Shown piece after piece: positions 54,369 to 62,710 of a stretch of 62,710 nt of DNA (position 1 is the first letter of the stretch; every line of letters begins with the position of its first letter). The notes under the pieces were generated by a model, which saw only the letters and a program-made list of their open reading frames with translations, was not told the origin of the DNA and did not search any database. Both the position numbers and the translations under genes were made by a program. Origin of the DNA: Trichormus sp. ATA11-4-KO1 (GTDB lineage: Bacteria > Cyanobacteriota > Cyanobacteriia > Cyanobacteriales > Nostocaceae); assembly GCA_019358915.1 (NCBI GenBank), contig JAHHIM010000027.1, forward strand, positions 1 to 62,710, in the 5' to 3' direction.

Positions 54369-55253
54369 ATGGGATATGTAATTGCTACTGCAAATATGAA
54401 AGGCGGCGTTGGTAAAACTACCCTCACCGTCAACATCGCTACTTGTTTAGCCAAAAATCATGGTAAACGGGTGCTTGTGCTTGATTTAGATAGCCAAATC
54501 AGTGCCACACTTAGTCTGATGTCGCCTTTAGAGTTTGCCAAGCGTCGCAAACAACGAAAGACATTTAGGTATTTGATAGACGAAGTTATCAATCCAGAAC
54601 CAGAAACAAAACTGACGATTCAGGATATTATTCAATCCCAAGTTTGTAGTCTACCTGGACTGAGTTTATTACCAGGAGATATCGACTTATATGATGAATT
54701 TGTTGTGTCAGAAATGCTGCATCAACAAGCAACTGCTTTGGGTGAAAAAGACTTTGAAAGTGTTTGGAATCGCTTTGAAAGAGTCTTGATCAATAACATT
54801 TTAAAACCTGTGCGCCAAGAATATGATTTCATTCTTCTAGATTGTGCACCTGGTTATAATTTATTGACTCGTAGTGCTCTAGCTGCCAGTGATTTTTACA
54901 TTCTTCCTGCTAAGCCAGAACCCTTATCTGTCGTGGGTATTCAACTGCTGGAAAGACGTATTGCTCAATTGAAAGATAGTCACGAACATGAAGCCAAGAT
55001 AGATATTAAAATGCTAGGAATTGTCTTCAGTATGACCAGTTCTAATCTTCTCAATGGTAGATATTATAAACAAGTCATGCATCGTGTTGTTGAGGATTTT
55101 GGCGTAGAACAAATTTGTAAGGCACAAATACCAGTTGATTTCAATGTGGCTAAGGCTGTGGATAGTTTTATGCCTGTTGTGTTAAATGCACCCCAATCAT
55201 CGGGTTCTAAAGCATTTTCTCAGTTGACTCAGGAGTTGTTACAGAAGTTGTAG
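54369..55253 (+). CDS. ParA family ATPase
   Basis: NMKGGVGKTT, LDLDSQ, LDCAPG, KPEPLS. Confidence 0.92.
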   Translation: MGYVIATANMKGGVGKTTLTVNIATCLAKNHGKRVLVLDLDSQISATLSLMSPLEFAKRRKQRKTFRYLIDEVINPEPETKLTIQDIIQSQVCSLPGLSLLPGDIDLYDEFVVSEMLHQQATALGEKDFESVWNRFERVLINNILKPVRQEYDFILLDCAPGYNLLTRSALAASDFYILPAKPEPLSVVGIQLLERRIAQLKDSHEHEAKIDIKMLGIVFSMTSSNLLNGRYYKQVMHRVVEDFGVEQICKAQIPVDFNVAKAVDSFMPVVLNAPQSSGSKAFSQLTQELLQKL

Positions 55254-55391
55254 GGATTGGGGACTAGGGACTAGGGACTGGGAAAAACTTTTTTCTCATC
55301 TTCCTTGTCCCCTATTTATCATTAATAAATTTATTCAAAATTAGCCTGGCGAATCCAAAATTTATTTTTCTTTATTACATATTTCATATAC

Positions 55392-55531
55392 TATATCGAT
55401 TCCCCGTTAAGTGAGGTAAAGAACTAAGTTTTTAAACGCAGAGGGACGCTAAGGTAGCGCAGAGTTACGCAAAGATTGCCCAATTTTATGAGCAATGTAC
55501 TCTGTACTTCAGCCGATTAGGAAACGCTATA
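55392..55531. mobile_element. MITE-like element
   Basis: Imperfect IRs TATATCGATTCC..GAGGTA / TACTTC..GGAAACGCTATA with internal CGCAGAG-type repeats. Confidence 0.55.
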
Positions 55532-55617
55532 TCATTTTTAGGTGTACTATAAAGATAATTATCCCTCAAAGATTTACGATATATAAGCTGTACCTCATTT
55601 ACTTGCAAAGCGCTGTA

Positions 55618-56303
55618 TCACCATTGGCTGAGTACAAGTACGATGTGTCGTGCATTGCAAAAACAAAAACTCACACGAAAAAAAAGACGTTACGCAGCAG
55701 CCAAGCAAAAACTCCAAGAGTCCAAAATTTGAGAACTGAGTATTGGCAGCAAGTCCAACAAATAGACCCAGATGATTTGGTTTTTCTGGATGAAATGGGT
55801 GTTTTACTGGGGTTAACACGAACTCATGCCCGCAGCCCTCATGGAAGTAGAGTGTATGATTGTCAACCATTTTATCGGGGGTCAAAAGTCACAGTCATTG
55901 GGGCAATTAGCACAAAACAAGTTTTAGCTGTGATGACCTTGAATGGTTCAATGGATGGAAACGCATTCAAAGTTTTTATCGAACAGTGTTTACTGCCGCA
56001 ACTATGGCCGGGTGCTGTAGTTGTTATGGATAATCTTCCCGCACATAAAGTCAAAGAAATTGAATCTTTAATTCAATCAAAGGGCGCAAGCATTCTTTAT
56101 CAGTCACCCTATTCTCCTGACTTTAATCCCATTGAACATTGGTGGTCACAATTAAAAGCTTTTCTCCGTTCCTTTTCTCCCACTACTGCCAAAATGGTTG
56201 ACGTTCTCATTGCCACTGCACTCGATTTGATTAATCCCTTGCATTTGAAAAACTGGTTTACAAACTGTTGTTACTGTACCTCATAAACCTGAAATACGCT
56301 GTA
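55618..56303 (+). mobile_element. 5'-truncated IS630-family element (end of orfA, A8 frameshift site, orfB, right end)
   Basis: FLDEMG, VVMDNLPAHK, YSPDFNPIE; right end CCTGAAATACGCTG|TA. The ORF-track N-terminus (55495-55670) is chimeric read-through. Confidence 0.85.
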
Positions 56304-56530
56304 ATTCATACCTTAGATGAAGATAGATTATCTGATCGTAAGTTATTTCCCATTGAGTTAAAAGGTGTAACTTGGTGAGTCGGGTAATCCTGTTAGATGC
56401 TGGACCTGTAGGTTTAGTTACAAATCCAAATCGGTCAAATGAAAGCCTTGCTTGCGCTCAATGGCTACAAATACTCGTTGCTTCTGGTAATCGAGTTATA
56501 ATTCCTGAAATTGCTGACTATGAGGTGTGA
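56304..56530 (+). pseudogene. Remnant TA pair: antitoxin C-terminus (to 56378) and PIN toxin N-terminus (56375-56530)
   Basis: ..LDEDRLSDRKLFPIELKGVTW* overlaps by GTGA with MSRVILLDAGPVG..IPEIADYEV*. Confidence 0.75.
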
Positions 56531-56572
56531 CTGGAGTTGAAGTGTACGCTACAATACACGTCCATTACATTT

Positions 56573-56989
56573 TTAATCTTGCCGCAACAATGCTATAAAC
56601 CCTGCTTGAACAAAATGTATATCAGCCGTGGCTGCATAAATTAACTCTTGATCCTGCATGACAATAAAGGATATACAGTCTGTTAAACCCCAATTTTTAT
56701 CTTGACGATTATCATAGAGTTGCAGCGAACGAATAAAAAGTGGAGTATCTACACTGATAACCTTAATATTATCTGTTTGATAACACTGATTAATAAACGA
56801 AACTGCTGCTGCTCGGTTAACTGAACTTAAAGCATTAGCAACTTCTATTAAAACTGCTTCAGTTACCCATACTTCAAGAGCATTCTTCACTCTTGGTAAT
56901 AATGTTTTAGCTTGATTATGATATTGATCATTTTTGTTCAGTAGAGCCTGAATAAATACTGTATCTAAAAAGATTTTATCTTCATTCAT
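56573..56989 (-). CDS. PIN-domain VapC-like toxin
   Basis: FLDT..D.YH, VLIE, LTDCISF, TADIHF. Confidence 0.92.
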   Translation of the reverse strand: MNEDKIFLDTVFIQALLNKNDQYHNQAKTLLPRVKNALEVWVTEAVLIEVANALSSVNRAAAVSFINQCYQTDNIKVISVDTPLFIRSLQLYDNRQDKNWGLTDCISFIVMQDQELIYAATADIHFVQAGFIALLRQD

Positions 56990-57231
56990 TCTATATTTTT
57001 ACTGTCATCTTTAGGCGTACCATACAGATAGTAGTCATGTTGACTAGACCAATCATTTGGCGCTTCAACTGTGCCGGTTAGTGCTTCTAATACATCCCAA
57101 GCATTACCATTAGGCACTGATTCAAGAGCAGATTCAATTTTAATGATATAACGCTTGTTCGGTTCTAAATTTAAAGGTAAATCTGGACGTAAAAATTGAC
57201 CATCAAATGTAACTATTAATGTCTCACTCAT
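56986..57231 (-). CDS. Putative antitoxin
   Basis: TFDG..LRPD..L, HDYYLYG. ATGA overlap with the toxin. Confidence 0.8.
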   Translation of the reverse strand: MSETLIVTFDGQFLRPDLPLNLEPNKRYIIKIESALESVPNGNAWDVLEALTGTVEAPNDWSSQHDYYLYGTPKDDSKNIE

Positions 57232-57351
57232 AATTTTGTATGATAAGTATTTACTATTTAATCTTACTACTTGTATATTGATCCGAGCAGCAAAACCCAA
57301 CGCTTCACTAGAAAACGCTGGGTTGCATTCAAACCGGGGTATTTCTACTTT

Positions 57352-60267
57352 CTAAAACTCCCCGGCTAAGGCGGGAACGCAGCGTTCACATAATAAGGGA
57401 TGCTCTTTTGATTCTCCCACATGGGTAGAATAATTCCAGCAGCGATCGCATTTCTCCCCTTCTGCTTTGTAAACCTGAAAATATATGGGTGCATCATCTC
57501 CTTCCTCACGGATAGGTTCAGATGGTACTTCCACTTGAGAAACTAAAAATAGATATCGTAACTCATCTACACCATTACTTTTTTCAAGTGAACCATGAGT
57601 ACTGGGATTGAGAGTTTGTAAAAGTTGACGTAATCTCTCATCAAAGACATGCAGTACAACTTTGGCTTCTAGAGAAGATCCAATTGTTTTTTGTATTCGA
57701 TATACCTCTAGTTTCCGGTTGACTTCATCACGAATTTTTCGTAAGTCTGTCCAAAATTCCCCTAACTCTGGATTATTCCAGGCTTCATCTACTTGCACCC
57801 AACCGGCTTCAAATACCGATTTATAAGGTGTTTTGTAGGGAATATATTGCCAGATATCTTCAGCAGTATGACATAACACAGGTGCGATCGCTCTAGCTAA
57901 ATTCTCTAAAGCAATCTGCAATACTGTTTGACAGCTGCGACGACGGAAAGCATTAGCAGCACTAATGTACAGTCTATCTTTGGCAACATCTAAATAGAAG
58001 TTGGATAAATCCACAACGCAGAAATTCTGCACTGTTTGGAAAAAGCGGAAGAATTGGAAGGGCTGCTTCTCTTCCTTACCTTCGGCTACAGGTTTAGGTT
58101 CAAAAGCGGCTGTAACTTCCTCAAAAACCTCCGTCATGCGGTGTAGCATATAACGGTCGAGTTCTGGCAAATCTTCCAAAGGTACTGCATCTTTTTCGGG
58201 GTCAAAATCATGCAAACTACCCAACAAAAATCGCGCTGTATTGCGAATCTTATTTCTAACATCAGCTAATTGCTTGATGATATTACCACCCAGACGCACA
58301 TCAGCAGAATAATCTACCGAAGACACCCACAAACGCAGCACATCTGCACCATAGGGGGGTTCTTTTTTCTGGTCTTTCCCGCCATTAATTACTACTTGGG
58401 GGTCAACCACATTCCCCACAGACTTACTCATCTTCCGTCCTTGTTCATCTAAGACAAAGCCGTGAGTCAAGACAGTTTTATAAGGTGCAATGCCATTGAC
58501 TGCTACACTTGTCAGCAAACTTGACTGGAACCATCCCCGGTGTTGGTCGGAACCTTCCAAATACATATCAGCCGGGTAACGTAACTCAGGACGTTGTTTC
58601 GCTACAGCCGCCCAAGATGAACCAGAATCAAACCACACATCCATTGTGTCTGTACCTTTGCGGTAAGACTTACCATCGTTGCGGTAAGACTGGGGTAATA
58701 ACTCCTCTACCGACATTTCCCACCAAGCATCAGAACCTTTTTCGGCGATGATAGCTTGGACATGATTAATAGTTTCCTCATTCAGTAGCGGTTCCCCAGT
58801 AGCTTCATCGTAGAACACCGGAATGGGTACACCCCAACTACGCTGACGAGAAATACACCAATCAGAACGTTCCGCCACCATCGGCGTGATGCGATTTTCA
58901 CCTTGGGCTGGAATCCATTTTACCGCAGCGATCGCCTTTAATGCTTCATCCCTAAAACCAGCCACCGAAGCAAACCATTGTTCCGTCGCCCGGAAAATCG
59001 TCGGCTTTTTCGTCCGCCAATCATAAGGATACTTGTGCGCGTAAGCTTCCTCCTTCAACAAAGAACCAGCAGCCGTCAACGCATCAATTACCGCTTGATT
59101 TCCCTCACCCAGCACATTCAACCCAGCAAACTCACCCGCTTCCTGAGTAAAATTGCCATTGTCATCCACTGGTGCGAGAATCGGTAACTTATAACGCTGA
59201 CCCACAATGTAGTCTTCTTGACCATGACCCGGTGCAGTATGTACCAACCCAGTACCCGACTCAGTAGTAATATAATCACCACCCACCACCACCGGACTTT
59301 CACGGTCAAACAAAGGATGACGATAAGTAGAATGTTCTAACTCCCGCCCCTTAAACGTAGCCCTCACCGTTAAATCCACATCCAAAGTAGCAGCCAAACG
59401 TTCCACCAAATCAGTAGCCACAATTAGATATTCACTTTGCGTCTTTGCGTCTTGGCGCGAAACCTCCACCACCGCATAATTCAAATCACCATTTACCGCC
59501 ACAGCCAAATTCCCCGGAATCGTCCAAGGAGTAGTAGTCCACACAGCCACACTCAAATTCGGCAGAAATTCCCTCAACACAGGTTGTACCGCCTCAGCCA
59601 ACTTAGTCACCCGAAAAGCCGCATAAATACTGCGAGAAGTATGACCCTCCGGATATTCCAACTCCGCCTCAGCCAAAGCCGTCTTAGAACTGGGACTCCA
59701 ATGCACAGGCTTCAAACCACGATAGATGTATCCTTTTAACACCATCTGACCGAACACACCAATTTGCGCCGCCTCATATTCCGGCTTCAAAGTCAGATAA
59801 GGATGATCCCAATCACCCCAAACACCGTAGCGTTTAAAACATTCCCGTTGGTCATTTACCGTAGCTAAAGCAAACTCCTGCGCTTTTTGCCGTAGAGTTA
59901 AAGGCGTTAAATTTTGCCGTTCTGCCGACTTCATATTTTGCAGAACCTTCAACTCAATCGGTAAACCGTGACAATCCCAACCAGGCACGTATCTAACTTT
60001 ACGCCCTTGTAGCAGTTGGTAACGGTTAATAATATCTTTGAGAATTTTATTTAAGGCATGACCAATATGCAGTGAGCCATTAGCGTAGGGAGGCCCATCA
60101 TGAAGTATAAATAATTCGCCTGGGTTTTCTTGCGACAGGCGATCATAAATATTATTTTCTGCCCAGAACTTTTGGATTTCGGGTTCCCGCTTGATGGCGT
60201 TCGCCCGCATATCGAATTTAGTCTTGGGTAAGTTTACCGTATCTTTGTAGCTTCCAGGTTCTGTCAC
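57352..60267 (-). CDS. ileS: Isoleucine--tRNA ligase (GTG start at 60267)
   Basis: HIGH, WTTTPWT, GTGLVH, KMSKS, C-terminal CDRC..CERC. Confidence 0.98.
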   Translation of the reverse strand: MTEPGSYKDTVNLPKTKFDMRANAIKREPEIQKFWAENNIYDRLSQENPGELFILHDGPPYANGSLHIGHALNKILKDIINRYQLLQGRKVRYVPGWDCHGLPIELKVLQNMKSAERQNLTPLTLRQKAQEFALATVNDQRECFKRYGVWGDWDHPYLTLKPEYEAAQIGVFGQMVLKGYIYRGLKPVHWSPSSKTALAEAELEYPEGHTSRSIYAAFRVTKLAEAVQPVLREFLPNLSVAVWTTTPWTIPGNLAVAVNGDLNYAVVEVSRQDAKTQSEYLIVATDLVERLAATLDVDLTVRATFKGRELEHSTYRHPLFDRESPVVVGGDYITTESGTGLVHTAPGHGQEDYIVGQRYKLPILAPVDDNGNFTQEAGEFAGLNVLGEGNQAVIDALTAAGSLLKEEAYAHKYPYDWRTKKPTIFRATEQWFASVAGFRDEALKAIAAVKWIPAQGENRITPMVAERSDWCISRQRSWGVPIPVFYDEATGEPLLNEETINHVQAIIAEKGSDAWWEMSVEELLPQSYRNDGKSYRKGTDTMDVWFDSGSSWAAVAKQRPELRYPADMYLEGSDQHRGWFQSSLLTSVAVNGIAPYKTVLTHGFVLDEQGRKMSKSVGNVVDPQVVINGGKDQKKEPPYGADVLRLWVSSVDYSADVRLGGNIIKQLADVRNKIRNTARFLLGSLHDFDPEKDAVPLEDLPELDRYMLHRMTEVFEEVTAAFEPKPVAEGKEEKQPFQFFRFFQTVQNFCVVDLSNFYLDVAKDRLYISAANAFRRRSCQTVLQIALENLARAIAPVLCHTAEDIWQYIPYKTPYKSVFEAGWVQVDEAWNNPELGEFWTDLRKIRDEVNRKLEVYRIQKTIGSSLEAKVVLHVFDERLRQLLQTLNPSTHGSLEKSNGVDELRYLFLVSQVEVPSEPIREEGDDAPIYFQVYKAEGEKCDRCWNYSTHVGESKEHPLLCERCVPALAGEF
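59435..59462 (-). repeat. CGCAAAG-type repeat embedded in-frame in ileS
   Basis: Coding strand TTTCGCGCCAAGACGCAAAGACGCAAAG (SRQDAKTQS). Confidence 0.75.
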
Positions 60268-60322
60268 AGTCTCATGCCTAAGATTATATGTGCAGGTTAT
60301 CCAATCAATTATAGAAGATGGC

Positions 60323-60673
60323 ATGATTCCCCAAAATTCTTTGCTGCCCAATGCCGAAAATGCAATTGTTGATATTCGTAAACTGCGTGACTACAGCCTT
60401 AATCCAAACCATCCTACAGGTAAGGATAAAGCCCGTCTTTTTTCCTCTATTTTGGGGATAACTGCTGATAATGCTGAAGAATTGCGTCAAATTATTTTGG
60501 CAAAAGTCAAAACTCAAGCAGTTAGCTTAAATCGGTGTGATGAGTTTGGGCAACGTTACACACTGGATTTTACTCTGTAATGGCAAAATAGAAGTGCAAC
60601 TATCCGCACTGGTTGGATAATTCAACCTGATAGTGATATTCCCAGATTAACCAGTTGCTATCCTTTGTTGTAA
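60323..60673 (+). pseudogene. DUF6883-like protein with internal TAA stop (60578-60580)
   Basis: KLRDYSLNPNHPTGKDKARLF..FGQRY; frame continues WQNRSATIRTGWII..PRLTSCYPLL*. Confidence 0.8.
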
Positions 60674-60692
60674 TATCTGGAGGCTATGCGAA

Positions 60693-60941
60693 ATGAATCA
60701 AAGCACACCCAAGTTGCTGGATATAGTGGCACTGACAGAAGATATACCCGAATATAATTTATTGCGCGGTCAAGTCGGGACAATCGTGGAAATGTTAGCC
60801 GATGGTGCTGCATTTGAAGTAGAATTTAGCGATCGCAATGGACAAACCTATGAATCTATTGGTTTACGTCCAGAACAAGTTATGGTGTTACATTTTGAAC
60901 CAGCAGACCCTAATTTAAAGCCGGAAATAGTCACAGTGTAA
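60693..60941 (+). CDS. DUF4926 family protein
   Basis: LLDIVAL..L.RGQVGTIVE..FEVEFSD..G.TY. Confidence 0.88.
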   Translation: MNQSTPKLLDIVALTEDIPEYNLLRGQVGTIVEMLADGAAFEVEFSDRNGQTYESIGLRPEQVMVLHFEPADPNLKPEIVTV

Positions 60942-61004
60942 TTAATTATAGCTCAATAGCTGAATGTTACGATCATTGATATTTACCGAATTGGCATTAA
61001 CTCG

Positions 61005-61250
61005 ATGAGTCTATCACTAGAAAAAATGTTCAGCGAGATTGACCAACTGACCCCAGAAGAACAATTAACGGTGATGGGGTATTTAGTAGAACGGATGAAA
61101 CAGCACGTCATTCAAGTACAATCAAAACGCAAATGGAGTGATTTAAAGGGTATGGCTTCATATCCATTATTAGGTAAAGATGCTCAAGAGTGGGTTTCTC
61201 AGACTAGACGGGAAGGAGATGACCATCGCTCAAGCTTGTTAAGCGAATAA
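61005..61250 (+). CDS. Putative antitoxin
   Basis: G.DAQEWVS..R motif, directly upstream of a PIN gene. Confidence 0.78.
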   Translation: MSLSLEKMFSEIDQLTPEEQLTVMGYLVERMKQHVIQVQSKRKWSDLKGMASYPLLGKDAQEWVSQTRREGDDHRSSLLSE

Positions 61251-61252
61251 CA

Positions 61253-61696
61253 ATGAAGATTAGTGAGGCATTAATAGGAGTTTTTCATATATTTATTGAT
61301 ACAGCACCAGTTATTTATTTTGTAGAGCGCAATCCGCAATTTGTGAATTTAGTAGATCCAATTTTTGAAAGATTGGAAACTGATATTACAGCAGTAGTAT
61401 CTCCAATAACATTGTCTGAATGTTTGGTGGGTGTTAAGCGTTTAGGATTAACGGATTTAGAGGAAGCTTTTGTTGATGTATTGCTAAGTAATGAAGTGGT
61501 TTTTGTAGATATTAATGCTGCTATTGCGCGAGAAGCTGCGAAAATCAGATTACTTTACAATGTACAGTTACCTGATGCTTTACAAGTGGCTGTAGCTTTA
61601 ACAAATAATTGTGATGCTTTTTTAACTAATGATCTAACTCTAAAGCGAGTAACAGAGTTGAGAATATTGGTAGTAAGTGATTTACAAGTAGGGTAA
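61253..61696 (+). CDS. PIN-domain VapC-like toxin
   Basis: FIDTAPVIY, TLSE, LPDALQ, FLTND. Confidence 0.92.
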   Translation: MKISEALIGVFHIFIDTAPVIYFVERNPQFVNLVDPIFERLETDITAVVSPITLSECLVGVKRLGLTDLEEAFVDVLLSNEVVFVDINAAIAREAAKIRLLYNVQLPDALQVAVALTNNCDAFLTNDLTLKRVTELRILVVSDLQVG

Positions 61697-61805
61697 TTTA
61701 AAATCTGCGTTCACCTCCGGTGGGCGCTTTGCGCCATCGCCTGCGGTTTTGCACGATTGCGCAAAAAGCCTCCCTCTGGGTACGAGAGGCTCATATCGGG
61801 TTTCG

Positions 61806-62183
61806 CTAAATTGTCAGCAAGCTAATTACTTCCTCTAGATGATTCTTAACTTTGTAAATAGCTAATAGCTTCTCTTGGTCATACCTAGCAGGTATCTCCA
61901 TTCTCCTACCCTCAAAAGAAATTCTGATGAGTGCTGACTGTTCAGGTGTGGGACTACCCATCTCATCCAAAGCAGTACCTATTTCCTGGAGACTACCGAA
62001 GGATGGTGATTTTAACCCTTTACCTTCCTCTAGTTGATGTATTGCAAGTACAGGGAAAGCCATCAAAGTGGTGATGTAGCTAGTTTTGTATCCAGGGTTC
62101 CCAGTAGGCTGTAATCCATAGCGATTACAGAGAATTTTTAACTGGGGAACGGTCAAAAGTTCTAACTCGGTACGGGTGAACAT
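61806..62183 (-). CDS. Hypothetical protein with SAP/HEH-like N-terminus
   Basis: LELLTVPQLKILC.RYGL..TG..K..YI pattern. Confidence 0.65.
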   Translation of the reverse strand: MFTRTELELLTVPQLKILCNRYGLQPTGNPGYKTSYITTLMAFPVLAIHQLEEGKGLKSPSFGSLQEIGTALDEMGSPTPEQSALIRISFEGRRMEIPARYDQEKLLAIYKVKNHLEEVISLLTI

Positions 62184-62214
62184 AGAATAGAATTGCCTCT
62201 CTAAAAAAGTGGTA

Positions 62215-62254
62215 TCGGTGGTGTACCAGTTTGCCAGACGTAGAACACCACCGA
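62215..62254. promoter_or_regulatory. Hairpin in the divergent intergenic region
   Basis: Perfect 10-bp stem TCGGTGGTGT/ACACCACCGA around a 20-nt loop. Confidence 0.55.
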
Positions 62255-62311
62255 ATTAAACTTTATTCTCATGCGCGCACGTCAATAAAGCTAATTTCAT
62301 AATTCTTGACA

Positions 62312-62500
62312 ATGCCTAACCCTAAAGGGAAGCCGGAAAACCTAAAACCATACGAGACAGATAGAGACGAACCATTAACAGCAAATCTCAGTTTTCGGGT
62401 ATCAGAAGCTATGAGGGAAGCAGTCAAGTCAAAAGATGACCCATCAGAATTCTGTCGTCGTGCTATCCAGGAAGCTTTAGACAAGGATAAATCTAGTTAA
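62312..62500 (+). CDS. Small RHH-like DNA-binding protein
   Basis: MPNPKGKPENL..LSFRVS..SEFCRRAIQEAL. Confidence 0.7.
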   Translation: MPNPKGKPENLKPYETDRDEPLTANLSFRVSEAMREAVKSKDDPSEFCRRAIQEALDKDKSS

Positions 62501-62710
62501 AAGTTATTTTGAAATTAGCCCTACGGTTACCTGGATAATGAGTATTGTTGTAGAAAACTTGAGTTGCGATCACTTGTCTTCATCCTACATTCCGCACTTC
62601 AACTTGAATTACAAAGAGATTACAGTCAAGATAAAAGCAAAAATCTGGCTAATTAAGACTTATAGTAATGAACGAATCTGTGGCATGAAGATAAATAATC
62701 TAACATCAAA

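Noticed and set aside
55495..55670. N-terminal extension of the IS630 ORF
   Set aside because: Read-through across MITE ends; not transposase sequence.
60268..60351. Extended ileS N-terminus in the ORF track
   Set aside because: Overlaps the divergent DUF6883 gene; IleRS-like sequence begins at GTG 60267.

Overview
Chromosomal segment of a heterocyst-forming-type cyanobacterium (Nostocales-like): HIP1 octamers (GCGATCGC) are frequent, heptamer STRR-type repeats are present, and it carries rca, ccmP, putA, atpD/atpC and ileS. Housekeeping genes are interspersed with a nested IS pile (1-2293), several MITE-like elements, six toxin-antitoxin-like loci (four damaged or incomplete), an EPS-type glycosyltransferase cluster, a WD40/GTPase/GAP1-N2-like cluster and an AT-rich restriction-nuclease-ParA fusion plus non-canonical ParB pair. 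The most unusual signals are three. (1) A strand-specific G/T synonymous-site halo is centred on a short CGCAAAG repeat embedded in-frame in putA and ileS. (2) A ~130-bp TGAC-targeting mini-element occurs twice, disrupting a PIN toxin and rewriting a GST C-terminus. (3) The HsdR_N-ParA/ParB-like module is a candidate uncharacterised system. All family assignments come from motif recognition by eye; no database searches were run.
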